This document shows positions 9,637 to 18,527 of a stretch of 47,094 bases of DNA, one piece after another. Each line of letters opens with the position of its first letter. Within the stretch, counting starts at the first letter, position 1. The notes under the pieces are model-generated. The model did not search any database and was not told where the DNA came from. It saw only the letters and a list, made by a program, of their open reading frames with translations. The translations under genes were made by a program, and so were the position numbers. This DNA comes from Dehalococcoidia bacterium. GTDB lineage: Bacteria > Chloroflexota > Dehalococcoidia > DSTF01 > JACRBR01. The DNA is taken from NCBI GenBank assembly GCA_041494685.1, contig JBGQBE010000022.1, forward strand, positions 1-47,094. The letters run 5' to 3'.

Positions 9637-10440
9637 ATGACCGCCTATACCTACCTCCAGACCCGCCGCGAGGACGACGCGCTCGTCGCCGTCATGTCCA
9701 ACCCTCCGCGGCATACGCTGAATGCGGCGATGGTCGAGGAGCTGCACGCCCTCGCCGACGAGGTCGCCGGAGACGCCGGCGTGCGCGCGCTGATCCTCAC
9801 GGGCGGCGCCGAGGGCACGTTCATCACGCACTACGACGTCGGCGAACTCGCCGGCGTCTCCGACGCCGCGCGCACGCGCAGCGACGTCGGCGCGGGACCG
9901 GAGCTGCACGGCATGCACAAGCTCCTGCTCAAGCTGCAGGCGCTGCCGCAGCCCGTCATCGCCGCGATCAACGGCACGGCGATGGGCGGCGGCTGCGAGC
10001 TCGCGCTCGCGTGCGATTTCCGCCTGATGGCGGCCGGCGACGGCGTCATGGGCTTGCCGGAGGTGCGCGTCGGCATCCTGCCCGGCGCGGGCGGCACGCA
10101 GCGCATGACGCGCCTGCTCGGGACCGCGAGGGCGCTGGAGATGATGCTGCTCGGCGAGACCGTGGACGCAGTGGAGGCGGCGCGCATCGGCCTGGTGCAC
10201 CGCGCCGTCGAGTCCTCCCGGCTGATGGAGCAAGCGCTCGCGCTGGCGGCGGAGCTGGCGGCGCGTCCGGCGCTCAGCATCGCGCTGATCAAGCAGTGTG
10301 TGCTGCAGGGCGCCGAGCTGCCGCTGGAGGACGGCCTGCGCTTCGAGCAGGAGCGCTTCTGGCGCACCATGCGCAGCGAGGACGCCGGCCGCCTGATGCG
10401 CGCTTACCTCCAGGGCAACACCCGCCTCGACCAGCAGTAG
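9637..10440 (+). CDS. Enoyl-CoA hydratase/isomerase (crotonase family)
   Basis: PVIAAINGTAMGGGCELALACDFR and GLPEVRVGILPGAGGTQR; AAGGAG RBS before ATG 9637. Confidence 0.92.
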   Translation: MTAYTYLQTRREDDALVAVMSNPPRHTLNAAMVEELHALADEVAGDAGVRALILTGGAEGTFITHYDVGELAGVSDAARTRSDVGAGPELHGMHKLLLKLQALPQPVIAAINGTAMGGGCELALACDFRLMAAGDGVMGLPEVRVGILPGAGGTQRMTRLLGTARALEMMLLGETVDAVEAARIGLVHRAVESSRLMEQALALAAELAARPALSIALIKQCVLQGAELPLEDGLRFEQERFWRTMRSEDAGRLMRAYLQGNTRLDQQ

Positions 10441-10453
10441 CGGATGCAACACA

Positions 10454-10487
10454 AAGAGGGGGCGGACCGAATGGTCCGCCCCCTCTT
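10454..10487. terminator. Bidirectional terminator hairpin
   Basis: AAGAGGGGGCGGACC-GAAT-GGTCCGCCCCCTCTT, a 15-bp perfect stem between convergent genes. Confidence 0.8.
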
Positions 10488-10507
10488 GCTTAGGCTGTCC
10501 GCGCGCC

Positions 10508-11548
10508 CTACGCCGTGACGGCGCTGCGCTCCATCTTCTTGCCGACCGCCGCCGCCACCTTCGCCACGTTTTCCATCACGCTCGAGAAGATGTCGAACGT
10601 CAGCGACTGCGCGCCGTCGCTCAACGCGTGCTCCGGGTCCGGGTGCACCTCCAGGATCAGGCCGTCGGCGCCCGCCGCGACCATGCCCAGGCTCACCGGC
10701 TCGACCAGCTTGCGCTTGCCCGTGCCATGGCTCGGGTCGGCGACCACCGGCAGGTGGCTCAGCTCCTTGATCAGCGGGATGGCGTTGATGTCCATCGTGT
10801 TGCGCGCCGCCGTCTCGAACGTACGGATGCCGCGCTCGCACATGATCACGTTACTGTTGCCCTTGGCCAGGATGTACTCCGCCGCCAGCAGCCATTCCTG
10901 GATCGACGACGACATACCGCGCTTCAGCAGCACCGGCTTGCCGGCCAGCGCCACCTCCTCCAGCAGGAAGAAGTTCTGCGCGTTGCGCGTGCCGATCTGC
11001 AGCACGTCGGCGTACTTGGCGACGAGCTGCACCGTGGCCTCCGACATCACCTCGGTGACGATCGGCAGGCCCGTCTCCGCGCGCGCCTCGGCCAGCAGCT
11101 TCAGCCCTTCCTCTTCCAGGCCGCGAAAGCTGTACGGCGACGTGCGCGGCTTGAACGCGCCGCCGCGCAGCATCGATGCCCCGCGCGCCCGCATGGCGCG
11201 CGCCGTCAGCATCAGTTGCTCCGCGCTCTCGACGGCGCACGGCCCGGCGATGACCGTGACGGTCCCTTCTCCCACCTTGACGCCGTTGACGTCCACGATC
11301 GTGTCCGTGGGGTTGAACTCGCGGCTGCTCAGCTTGTACGGGCTGCTGATTGGCACCGTGCCCTCTACGCCGGGCATCACCTCGATGTCGTCCGCCAGCT
11401 CCGGGTGCATGCGGTCCAGCCCCACCACGCCGATCACGGTGCGCTCGACGCCCATGATCGGGTGGCCGTCCAGCCCCGCCTCTTTGATACGCGTCATGAC
11501 GTCGTCGAACTCTTCACGGGTATGTCCCGGTTTCATGATGACCATCAT
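10508..11548 (-). CDS. aroF: DAHP synthase, class I-beta with N-terminal regulatory domain
   Basis: IAGPCAVES, RGGAFKPRTSPYSF, KPVLLKRG, CERGIRTFE, DPSHGTG. Confidence 0.95.
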   Translation of the reverse strand: MMVIMKPGHTREEFDDVMTRIKEAGLDGHPIMGVERTVIGVVGLDRMHPELADDIEVMPGVEGTVPISSPYKLSSREFNPTDTIVDVNGVKVGEGTVTVIAGPCAVESAEQLMLTARAMRARGASMLRGGAFKPRTSPYSFRGLEEEGLKLLAEARAETGLPIVTEVMSEATVQLVAKYADVLQIGTRNAQNFFLLEEVALAGKPVLLKRGMSSSIQEWLLAAEYILAKGNSNVIMCERGIRTFETAARNTMDINAIPLIKELSHLPVVADPSHGTGKRKLVEPVSLGMVAAGADGLILEVHPDPEHALSDGAQSLTFDIFSSVMENVAKVAAAVGKKMERSAVTA

Positions 11549-11613
11549 CGTGCTGTCTCCTTCATCCCTGCTCTTCGCGCGGGAAGTACTCGCTCTTCGG
11601 CTTGAGACCCACG

Positions 11614-11991
11614 CTACGCGCCGGCCGTCTCATCCGCCAGGTCCTGCCGGAGAACGCGCGCCCCGCGCAGGTAGATGAATCGCAGTTCCTCCTGCGGCCG
11701 CTCCGTGTTCACGTGCATCATGATGCGCAAACACATCGGCAGGCTGCCGGGGACGTTCATCTCGTGCGCGCACATCAGCGCCACGTGACTCCAGCCCATC
11801 TGGCGTGCCGCAACGGCGGGGAATTCAGCGTTCAGGTCGGGCGTCGTTGAGAAGAAGACGCTCGCGACATCGTCGCGCTGGATGCCGTTAGCCTGGATGA
11901 TGGCGGAGAGGAGTTCGGCCGCCGCGTCGAGAATCGCTTCCCTGGTGTTGGCGTCGACCGTAGTCGCGCCGCGAATCCCCCGCAGCCTCAT
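11614..11991 (-). CDS. aroH: Chorismate mutase, AroH type
   Basis: MRLRGIRGATT...FSTTPDLNAEFPAVAAR...CAHEMNVPGSLPMCLR...YLRGARVLRQDL; start placed at the Met where homology begins. Confidence 0.92.
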   Translation of the reverse strand: MRLRGIRGATTVDANTREAILDAAAELLSAIIQANGIQRDDVASVFFSTTPDLNAEFPAVAARQMGWSHVALMCAHEMNVPGSLPMCLRIMMHVNTERPQEELRFIYLRGARVLRQDLADETAGA

Positions 11992-12152
11992 CGCCTCGCT
12001 CGAATCTCCAGGTGCTCCGCCAGCAACCGCAGGCCCTTCGCCGTGCGGCGGTCCGTCCGCTTCAGGCGGACGGTTGCCGGCGCCCAAATGCGCCGGCCGC
12101 GGAATAGCCATAGACGCGGCCATCAAGGTCGCCGGTGGCGACGTCGATGGCC

Positions 12153-12956
12153 TTACGCCATGTCCTCCTTGCGGCCGGTGAGCACCCCAACATAGTCCCG
12201 TACTCGCTCTACTCGTTCATTCGCGGGCGATGACTCGACAATGTCAATCAGCGCGCTCGCCACGATCGCCGCGTCGGCCAGGCCGCGCAGCGCCAGCACG
12301 TGCTCGCGCTTCGATATCCCGAACCCGACCGCCAGCGGCAGGTCAGTCCGCCGCCGCAGGCGCCGCAGAAAGTCCGGCAGTTCGTCCGCCATCTGCGCCC
12401 GGGCCCCCGTCACACCCACTACGCCTACGCAGTAGATGAAGCCGCCGGCCCGCGGCACGACTTCCGCGATGCGCCCGTCGTCCGAAGTTGGGGCCAGCAG
12501 GTAGATCAGGTCCAGCCCGAGCTTCCGGCAGTGCCCCAGGACCCCGTCCGACTCCTCCGGTGGCAGGTCCACGATGATGAACCCATCCGCACCGGCGGCC
12601 GCCGCGTCCGAGACAAATCGATCCTCGCCGGCGGCGAGGAACGTGTTGCAGTATCCCATAAGGATCAGCGGCACGGCAACCCCGGCTCGACGTAACGAGG
12701 CCACCATGTCAATGGCGTGGCGGGGCGTCGTGCCCTGCTGGAGCGCCCGGTACGAGGCTTTCTGGATGGTCGGCCCGTCCGCCAGCGGGTCGCTGAACGG
12801 CACCCCAAGCTCGATGGCGTCGGCCCCGGCCTCGACCATCGCCTTCACGAGCTGGATGCTGGTCTCCAGGTCGGGGTAACCGACCGTCATAAACGGCATG
12901 AATGCCACGCGCCCCTCCGCCCGCGTCCGCGCGAACAGCTCCGCCAGCCGGCTCAT
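12153..12956 (-). CDS. trpA: Tryptophan synthase alpha chain
   Basis: IELGVPFSDPLADGPTIQ, LLAPTS, GVTGAR, AVGFGIS; the start overlaps the upstream stop (ATGA). Confidence 0.95.
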   Translation of the reverse strand: MSRLAELFARTRAEGRVAFMPFMTVGYPDLETSIQLVKAMVEAGADAIELGVPFSDPLADGPTIQKASYRALQQGTTPRHAIDMVASLRRAGVAVPLILMGYCNTFLAAGEDRFVSDAAAAGADGFIIVDLPPEESDGVLGHCRKLGLDLIYLLAPTSDDGRIAEVVPRAGGFIYCVGVVGVTGARAQMADELPDFLRRLRRRTDLPLAVGFGISKREHVLALRGLADAAIVASALIDIVESSPANERVERVRDYVGVLTGRKEDMA

Positions 12957-13798
12957 CGCCACCCCCCCGCGCGCAGCGCCCCAAGCGCGACCTGCGCCGC
13001 GCCCAGCCACGGCGTGCCGATGCTGCTGCCCTTGTCGCACGAACCGGCGGCGATCGCCGCGATCGAGATGCTGTTGAACGCCACGTGCGCCGCCATCGTT
13101 GACAGGATGTTGCGGCTGCGCGAGTAGGCGAACGCGAAGCACGCGCCCACGCCCAGGATCGGCACGAACGACTTGTAGTCCACGTGCGCCCCGGCGAACA
13201 GCAGCGCGCTCACGGCGATGCCGGCGGCCAGTCCCCATTTCTTCGCCAGGCCCGTGAACAGGAAGCCGCGGAAGAAGATCTCCTCGCACGGCGGGGCGAC
13301 CGCGATCACCATGAACGCGGCGATCGCCAGCACCCAGCGGTGCTCTCGCACGACCCGCGGGATCTGTTGCGCACAGTCGGTCCGCAGGAAGTGCAGCGCG
13401 CCGATTTGATCGACCAGCAGCCCGTACGCGATGGAGACCGCCATCGCACCGGAGAACGCCGCCAGTGCCCATCCGGCGGCGTTCCAGCCCGGCACGGCGA
13501 ACCCGAGCCGGCCCCAGCCGCCGCCGTACTTGCGGAACGTCAGCATCGCCGCGGCCGCGACGATCCCCAGCTCCGATCCGGCGCTCACGATGAACGTGCC
13601 CGCCGCGAGGCCCGGAGAACCGCGGTCGTAGAACAGCAGCATCACCCCGACGATCGGCAACGGGATGACTACGAAAGCCGCAATGAACCAGACGATGCCG
13701 AGGATGAGGTCGATCCCCGTCCAGTCGATGCGGCGGCCGGCGACCACGTGCCCGGAAGGGCCGTAGGGGGCGATCGATGCTTCGGGGGAGGTCTCCAT
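12953..13798 (-). CDS. CPBP (CAAX/Abi) family intramembrane glutamic protease
   Basis: PPCEEIFFRGFL, LFAGAH and AAHVAFN motifs; multiple TM segments. Confidence 0.88.
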   Translation of the reverse strand: METSPEASIAPYGPSGHVVAGRRIDWTGIDLILGIVWFIAAFVVIPLPIVGVMLLFYDRGSPGLAAGTFIVSAGSELGIVAAAAMLTFRKYGGGWGRLGFAVPGWNAAGWALAAFSGAMAVSIAYGLLVDQIGALHFLRTDCAQQIPRVVREHRWVLAIAAFMVIAVAPPCEEIFFRGFLFTGLAKKWGLAAGIAVSALLFAGAHVDYKSFVPILGVGACFAFAYSRSRNILSTMAAHVAFNSISIAAIAAGSCDKGSSIGTPWLGAAQVALGALRAGGWR

Positions 13799-13897
13799 GC
13801 CCGGGAAGTATGGCGAATCGGCGATTCCGGCGCGAACAGGGCCGCCATGGCTCCCCGGCGCGCTGCCCGGACGCCGCCCGCCTGCCGATACTCCTGC

Positions 13898-15325
13898 ATG
13901 CGGATCCGCAGGCCGTCCCTACTGGTCGCTGGTGCCCTATTGCTGCCGCTCGTCATCGCGGCGCAATGGGTGATCCCGGACCCCGGCTCCTCGCCCCGCA
14001 AGGGCGCGCCGCCGCTTTCCGCCATCGAGCCGGGCGGCGCGCAGGAGTTCTCCGCGCGCACGCATGCTCCGGTCGCGGCGCCCGGCAGCACCGCGCAGGC
14101 CGAGGCCGCCGATGCCCCCGCCGGCGCCATCTCCGCGCCGCTCTTCCTCGATCACGTCGCCGTCGACCCGAACGCCCGCGACCGCTACGGCAACCCGCCG
14201 CGCCGCGACTTCACGCCGGACGAACTGGGCCAGATCGCCGCCGAGTACGACATCGTCATCGACAACCTGGAGCACCAGCCCGACGGCGTCGAGCTCAGCG
14301 ACACCGATCTCGCGACGCTGCGCGCCCTCAACCCGCGCATCAAGATCCTGCGCACGCTCTGGACGCTCAGCAGCAACGACGGCACGCTGCAGGGCATCGA
14401 GCCCGGCGACGGCAGCCACGAGTCGTGGTTTCTGCGCGACGCCGGCGGCGCCTTCGTACGCGCCTACAGCGACGTCGCGCCGTGGAACGGCCACGTCAAC
14501 TACGTGCTCGATCCCTCGAACGAGAACGTCCGGCTGCAGATCGCCGCGCAGACCCGCATCATCCGCCGCATGGGGTACGACGGCGTCGTGCTCGACGACG
14601 TGATCCCGTACGTCGCCGCGCCCGATGGCTCGTTTTCGCGCAAGGTGCTGCTCTCGCATCCGGTGAGCCGCGCCACCGGGCAGCCATACACCGACGACGA
14701 GTGGCGCGGCGACGTGCTGGGACTCGTCTCGAAGGCACGCCAGATCGCCGGCCCGGACGCCTACATCGCCATCGAGGGCATCGGCGACGGAAGCGACTAT
14801 CTGCGCTCCAACGCCTCGCTGCTGCTCGACAGCGCCGACGCCGTCGTGTTGCGCCCCTTCGCCGGCGACGGCAGCGCGACGGCGGACCCCGCGCGCTGGG
14901 CCGACGACGTGGACGCGCTCACCCAGATCAGCCGCCTCGGGAAGACCATGCTGGCGTACGGCACCGGCGCGCCGGCGCCCCTGCAGGAGCGCGCCGGCCG
15001 CTTCGCCTTCGCGTCGTTCCTGCTGGGGGTCCAGGGCGCAGCATCGGCCTTCGGCCAGGGCACGCCCATCGGCGCGCTGCCGGACCGCTACCCCCCGCAG
15101 CCCGCGTACACCCGCGCTCCGCTCGGCGCGCCCACCGGCGAGCGCGTCGAGCGCGCCGGCCTCCAGATTCGAAACTTCGCGCACGGCATCGTCGTCGTCA
15201 ACCCCGGCCCCAACGACGCTGACCTCGACGTCGGCCCCGGCTACCGCACGCCGGCGGGCGCGGCCGTCAGCCACCTGCGCCTGAACCCGCTCGACGCCGC
15301 CATCCTGGTGCGCACGGCAGAGTAG
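13898..15325 (+). CDS. Secreted or anchored putative glycoside hydrolase (TIM-barrel, GHL15-like)
   Basis: Hydrophobic N-terminus MRIRRPSLLVAGALLLPLVIAA; LRALNPRIKIL, ESWFLRD, GYDGVVLDD and C-terminal RNFAHGIVVVNP. Family call is from motif recollection. Confidence 0.6.
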   Translation: MRIRRPSLLVAGALLLPLVIAAQWVIPDPGSSPRKGAPPLSAIEPGGAQEFSARTHAPVAAPGSTAQAEAADAPAGAISAPLFLDHVAVDPNARDRYGNPPRRDFTPDELGQIAAEYDIVIDNLEHQPDGVELSDTDLATLRALNPRIKILRTLWTLSSNDGTLQGIEPGDGSHESWFLRDAGGAFVRAYSDVAPWNGHVNYVLDPSNENVRLQIAAQTRIIRRMGYDGVVLDDVIPYVAAPDGSFSRKVLLSHPVSRATGQPYTDDEWRGDVLGLVSKARQIAGPDAYIAIEGIGDGSDYLRSNASLLLDSADAVVLRPFAGDGSATADPARWADDVDALTQISRLGKTMLAYGTGAPAPLQERAGRFAFASFLLGVQGAASAFGQGTPIGALPDRYPPQPAYTRAPLGAPTGERVERAGLQIRNFAHGIVVVNPGPNDADLDVGPGYRTPAGAAVSHLRLNPLDAAILVRTAE

Positions 15326-15452
15326 GGGCGCGGGGTCAGGTCGGCCCCCCGTCAAGACGGGTCGCATGACGCTGGCGTGGCGCGGCGGGCGTGTGTACGC
15401 TCTGCCGGGGTGCCGCAACGCAACATAGGCGGCCCGCCCAAAGGAGAGCGAC

Positions 15453-16118
15453 GTGCGCGACTTGGTCTTCATGATCGACCTCGACAACACCATCCTCGAC
15501 AACGACGGCGTCAAGAAGGACATGCAGGCGAGACTCCTCGCGATCCTCGGCGATCAGATCGCCGCACGCTTCTGGGAGCTGTACGAGGTCGTCCGTAAGG
15601 AGATCGACATCATCGACTTCTACGAGACGATGCGCCGCCTGCGCGAAGAGTTCCCCGCCCAGGCCGCGACCGTCGACGCCGGCATGGACGCGCTGATGGA
15701 GTGGGACTTCCGCGCCCGCCTGTACCCGAAGGCGATCGAGACGGTGCTCCACCTCAAGAGCATCGGCCTCCCCATCGTCGTGTCCGACGGCGACCCCGTC
15801 TTCCAGCCCGGCAAGATCCACCAGTGCGGCGTCACCGAGGCGGTCGATGGCCGCGTGCTGATCTTCGTCCACAAAGAGAAGTACCTGCCAGCCGTCGAGG
15901 CCCGCTTCAAGGCCGGCCACTACGTGCTGATCGATGACAAGCCCGGCATCCTCATGCGCTCCAAGGCGGCGCTCGGCAGCAAGCTCACGACGGTGCAGGT
16001 GCTCCAGGGCAAGTACGCGCTCGACCCCAAGAACGCCGTTGACTACACGCCGGACATCGTCGCCAAGAACTTCAGCGACCTGCTGGGCTACGGCGCGGCC
16101 GACTTCCACAAGGGTTAA
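15453..16118 (+). CDS. HAD-superfamily hydrolase
   Basis: DLDNT motif I, VSDGD, LIDDK; GTG start with AAGGAG RBS. Confidence 0.8.
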   Translation: MRDLVFMIDLDNTILDNDGVKKDMQARLLAILGDQIAARFWELYEVVRKEIDIIDFYETMRRLREEFPAQAATVDAGMDALMEWDFRARLYPKAIETVLHLKSIGLPIVVSDGDPVFQPGKIHQCGVTEAVDGRVLIFVHKEKYLPAVEARFKAGHYVLIDDKPGILMRSKAALGSKLTTVQVLQGKYALDPKNAVDYTPDIVAKNFSDLLGYGAADFHKG

Positions 16119-16256
16119 GGGCGGAAAAAGAGCGCGCCCGCGGGCCATTCGGCGATTGCCCGCACGGGTCATCGGATCAGATAATTGGAGCGGCCACTGG
16201 GCCCGCCGCGGCTGCCCTGGCGGGGCGCCGGAAGCACGAACACGGAGGGAACACAG

Positions 16257-17207
16257 ATGACGCGGCTACTGACGAAGGTGGGCGTACCGGCGGATGTCCC
16301 GGCCGCGCAGAAAGCGCGGTACGAGGAGAACTTCCAGACCATGACGAAGGGCACCGGCCGCCTCATGCTCTTCGCCGGCGACCAAAAGGTCGAGCACCTC
16401 AACGACGACTTCTACGGCACGCTGAGCAGCGGCGAAGTGATCGCGGCCGACGACGCCGGCCCGGAGCACCTGTTCCGCATCGCGCGCGACGGCGTCATCG
16501 GCTGCTACGCCACGCAGTTCGGCCTGATCGCCCGCTACGGCCGCGACTACCCGACGATCCCCTACCTCGTGAAGCTCAACTCCAAGTCGCACCTGATCAA
16601 GACGTCGCAGCGCGACCCGCAGAGCCTGGGCTGGGTCGCCGTCGACGACGCGCTCACTCTGCGCGAGGCCGGCCTCAACATCGTCGCCGTCGGCTACACC
16701 GTGTACCCGGGCAGCGAGTTCGAATCGGAGCAGACGCGCGAGGCCGCGCAGGCGTGCATGCAGGCGCACCGCAACGGCATGCTGGCCGTGCTCTGGATCT
16801 ACCCGCGCGGCAAGGCCGTCCCCAAGGAGCAGGACCCGCACCTCATCGCCGGCGCGACCGGCCTGGGCGCGACGCTCGGCGCCGACTTCGTGAAGGTGAA
16901 CTACCCGAAGCCGGAGGACGGCACGCCGCCCGCCGAGGCGTTCAAGGAAGCGGTGAAGGCCGCCGGCCGCACCCGCGTCATCACCGCCGGCGGCGGCAGC
17001 ACCGACGTCCGCAAGTTCCTCCAGACGCTGCACGACCAGATCTTTGTCTCCGGCGCGTTCGGCAGCGCTACCGGCCGCAACATCCACCAGAAGCCGCTGC
17101 ACGAGGCGGTGCAGATGACGAACGCCATCTCCGCCATCACCTACGGCGGCCACAGCGTCGACGAAGCGATGGCGGTCTACGAGGGCCGCGAGAAGTTCTC
17201 GCTCTAG
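16257..17207 (+). CDS. Class I (DhnA/FbaB-type) aldolase, probably fructose-bisphosphate aldolase
   Basis: LFAGDQKVEH, LWIYPRG, LGADFVKVNYP (Schiff-base Lys), GRNIHQ; GGAGG RBS. Confidence 0.85.
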   Translation: MTRLLTKVGVPADVPAAQKARYEENFQTMTKGTGRLMLFAGDQKVEHLNDDFYGTLSSGEVIAADDAGPEHLFRIARDGVIGCYATQFGLIARYGRDYPTIPYLVKLNSKSHLIKTSQRDPQSLGWVAVDDALTLREAGLNIVAVGYTVYPGSEFESEQTREAAQACMQAHRNGMLAVLWIYPRGKAVPKEQDPHLIAGATGLGATLGADFVKVNYPKPEDGTPPAEAFKEAVKAAGRTRVITAGGGSTDVRKFLQTLHDQIFVSGAFGSATGRNIHQKPLHEAVQMTNAISAITYGGHSVDEAMAVYEGREKFSL

Positions 17208-17272
17208 CAGGCAAGATCAGCGCACCAGCAAGGGGGCCGGCGTCACGACGTCCGCGATCGCGCCGGTCGCGC

Positions 17273-18340
17273 TTACCCCACGCGCCGATACCGATACACA
17301 CGGTCTCTCGTCCGGCCCTCAGCGATCAACAACCCCCGCTCCGTGAGATCGTGCAGGTCGCGTGATGCCGTGACGGGCGAGACGTTCGTGATCTCCATGT
17401 AATCCGATCTGGTCAGCGAGCCGGCGCGCATGGCGAAGATCAGCCCGTCCACCTGCCGATGGTTGAGCTGGAGCCCGTCGAAATCCCTGTACGCCTCATC
17501 CATCATCCTGCGCCAGTCAGTCAGCGTCTGGGCAAGCACCTTCGTCTGCTCCACGATCGCATCCGCCCAGAACTCCAACCACTGCGTGGCGTCGTAGCCC
17601 TGCTCGTAGCGGCTTCCGAGCGACCGCTCGATCGCCGAGAAGTACGCGTCGCGCACGGACCACAGGTGCTTCTCGAACGACAGCAGCTTCTTGAACCCGA
17701 ACCCGGATCGCTGCAGAACCAGCGTCGCGAGCGCGCGCGCGACGCGGCCGTTGCCGTCCCAGAACGGATGAATCGCCACCAGCTCGAGGTGCGCGAGGCC
17801 AGCCCTGATCACCGGGTGTGTCTCTACGTCGGAGTTGAGCCACAACGCGAACGCGCGCATCCGTTGCGGCACGTCACCCTGGTCGGGCGGAAGATAGGTG
17901 CTCCCCACGCGGTTCTGGCCGTTGCGATACGTCCCGGGCATCTCTCCCGGCGTATTGTCGCCGCCGATCTCCGCCAGGAACTCGCGGTTCAGTTGGCGCA
18001 TGACCATCTCATCAACGGGCTGATCCTGCAGGTCGCTCAGGTAATCGACGAACTTGTACGCGCGAATCGCGTTGATGTTCGCTTGCTCGTCTTCGGTCAG
18101 CTTCGTGCTGCCGGAGCCGCGCTTCACCAAGTCCCGCACCGCGGCCTCGTCGAGGTCGGCGCCCTCGATGCGAGTCGTCGCGGCTGCGCGCTCCACTGAC
18201 ACCTCGCGGCGCATCCAGGCTTCGTGCTTGGGCATCAGAAGCACGTTCTCGACCAGCCACTGGTTGCGCTCCACGCACTCGATCGAGTCCTTGATGCGTG
18301 GGGTGTAAGTGAAACGGGGGCGGAAGATAGTATCAGTCAT
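17273..18340 (-). CDS. Fic family protein with N-terminal inhibitory helix and C-terminal HTH
   Basis: HPFWDGNGRVAR catalytic motif; TTRIEGA inhibitory-type motif; C-terminal VSPVTASRDLHDL helix-turn-helix. Confidence 0.9.
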   Translation of the reverse strand: MTDTIFRPRFTYTPRIKDSIECVERNQWLVENVLLMPKHEAWMRREVSVERAAATTRIEGADLDEAAVRDLVKRGSGSTKLTEDEQANINAIRAYKFVDYLSDLQDQPVDEMVMRQLNREFLAEIGGDNTPGEMPGTYRNGQNRVGSTYLPPDQGDVPQRMRAFALWLNSDVETHPVIRAGLAHLELVAIHPFWDGNGRVARALATLVLQRSGFGFKKLLSFEKHLWSVRDAYFSAIERSLGSRYEQGYDATQWLEFWADAIVEQTKVLAQTLTDWRRMMDEAYRDFDGLQLNHRQVDGLIFAMRAGSLTRSDYMEITNVSPVTASRDLHDLTERGLLIAEGRTRDRVYRYRRVG

Positions 18341-18347
18341 AGCATAA

Positions 18348-18407
18348 GTAGCCAGAAGAATCGATTACTTCTGCTACGATGCTATCGCGGACAACCGGGT
18401 CTGTCAA
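18348..18407 (-). promoter_or_regulatory. Sigma-70 promoter of fic (TTGACA-N17-TAGCAT) with a downstream inverted repeat
   Basis: -35 at 18402-18407 and -10 at 18379-18384 on the minus strand; imperfect palindrome GTAGCCAGAAG-AATCGATT-ACTTCTGCTAC begins at 18348. Confidence 0.7.
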
Positions 18408-18527
18408 GCGGGCAGGTGCGCTAGGGTCGTACCTGGCGGACTCGCCTGCACCTCCCGACCCCCTCTCCCACAAGGGGGAGCAGTCTCCACCCCCAACCTC
18501 CGGCCTCCGACCTCCACCCGCCCGGGG

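Noticed and set aside
12062..12193. Short minus-strand ORF containing Trp, Tyr, Tyr and Phe before aroH as a possible aromatic leader peptide
   Set aside because: It starts inside trpA, the aromatic codons are scattered, and no U-tailed terminator follows.
12957..13472. Apparent N-terminal extension or fusion on TrpA
   Set aside because: Alternate frame of the protease gene; TrpA homology starts at ATG 12956.
13184..13897. N-terminal 238 aa of the 713-aa ORF
   Set aside because: Antisense to the CPBP protease; a signal-like N-terminus starts at ATG 13898.
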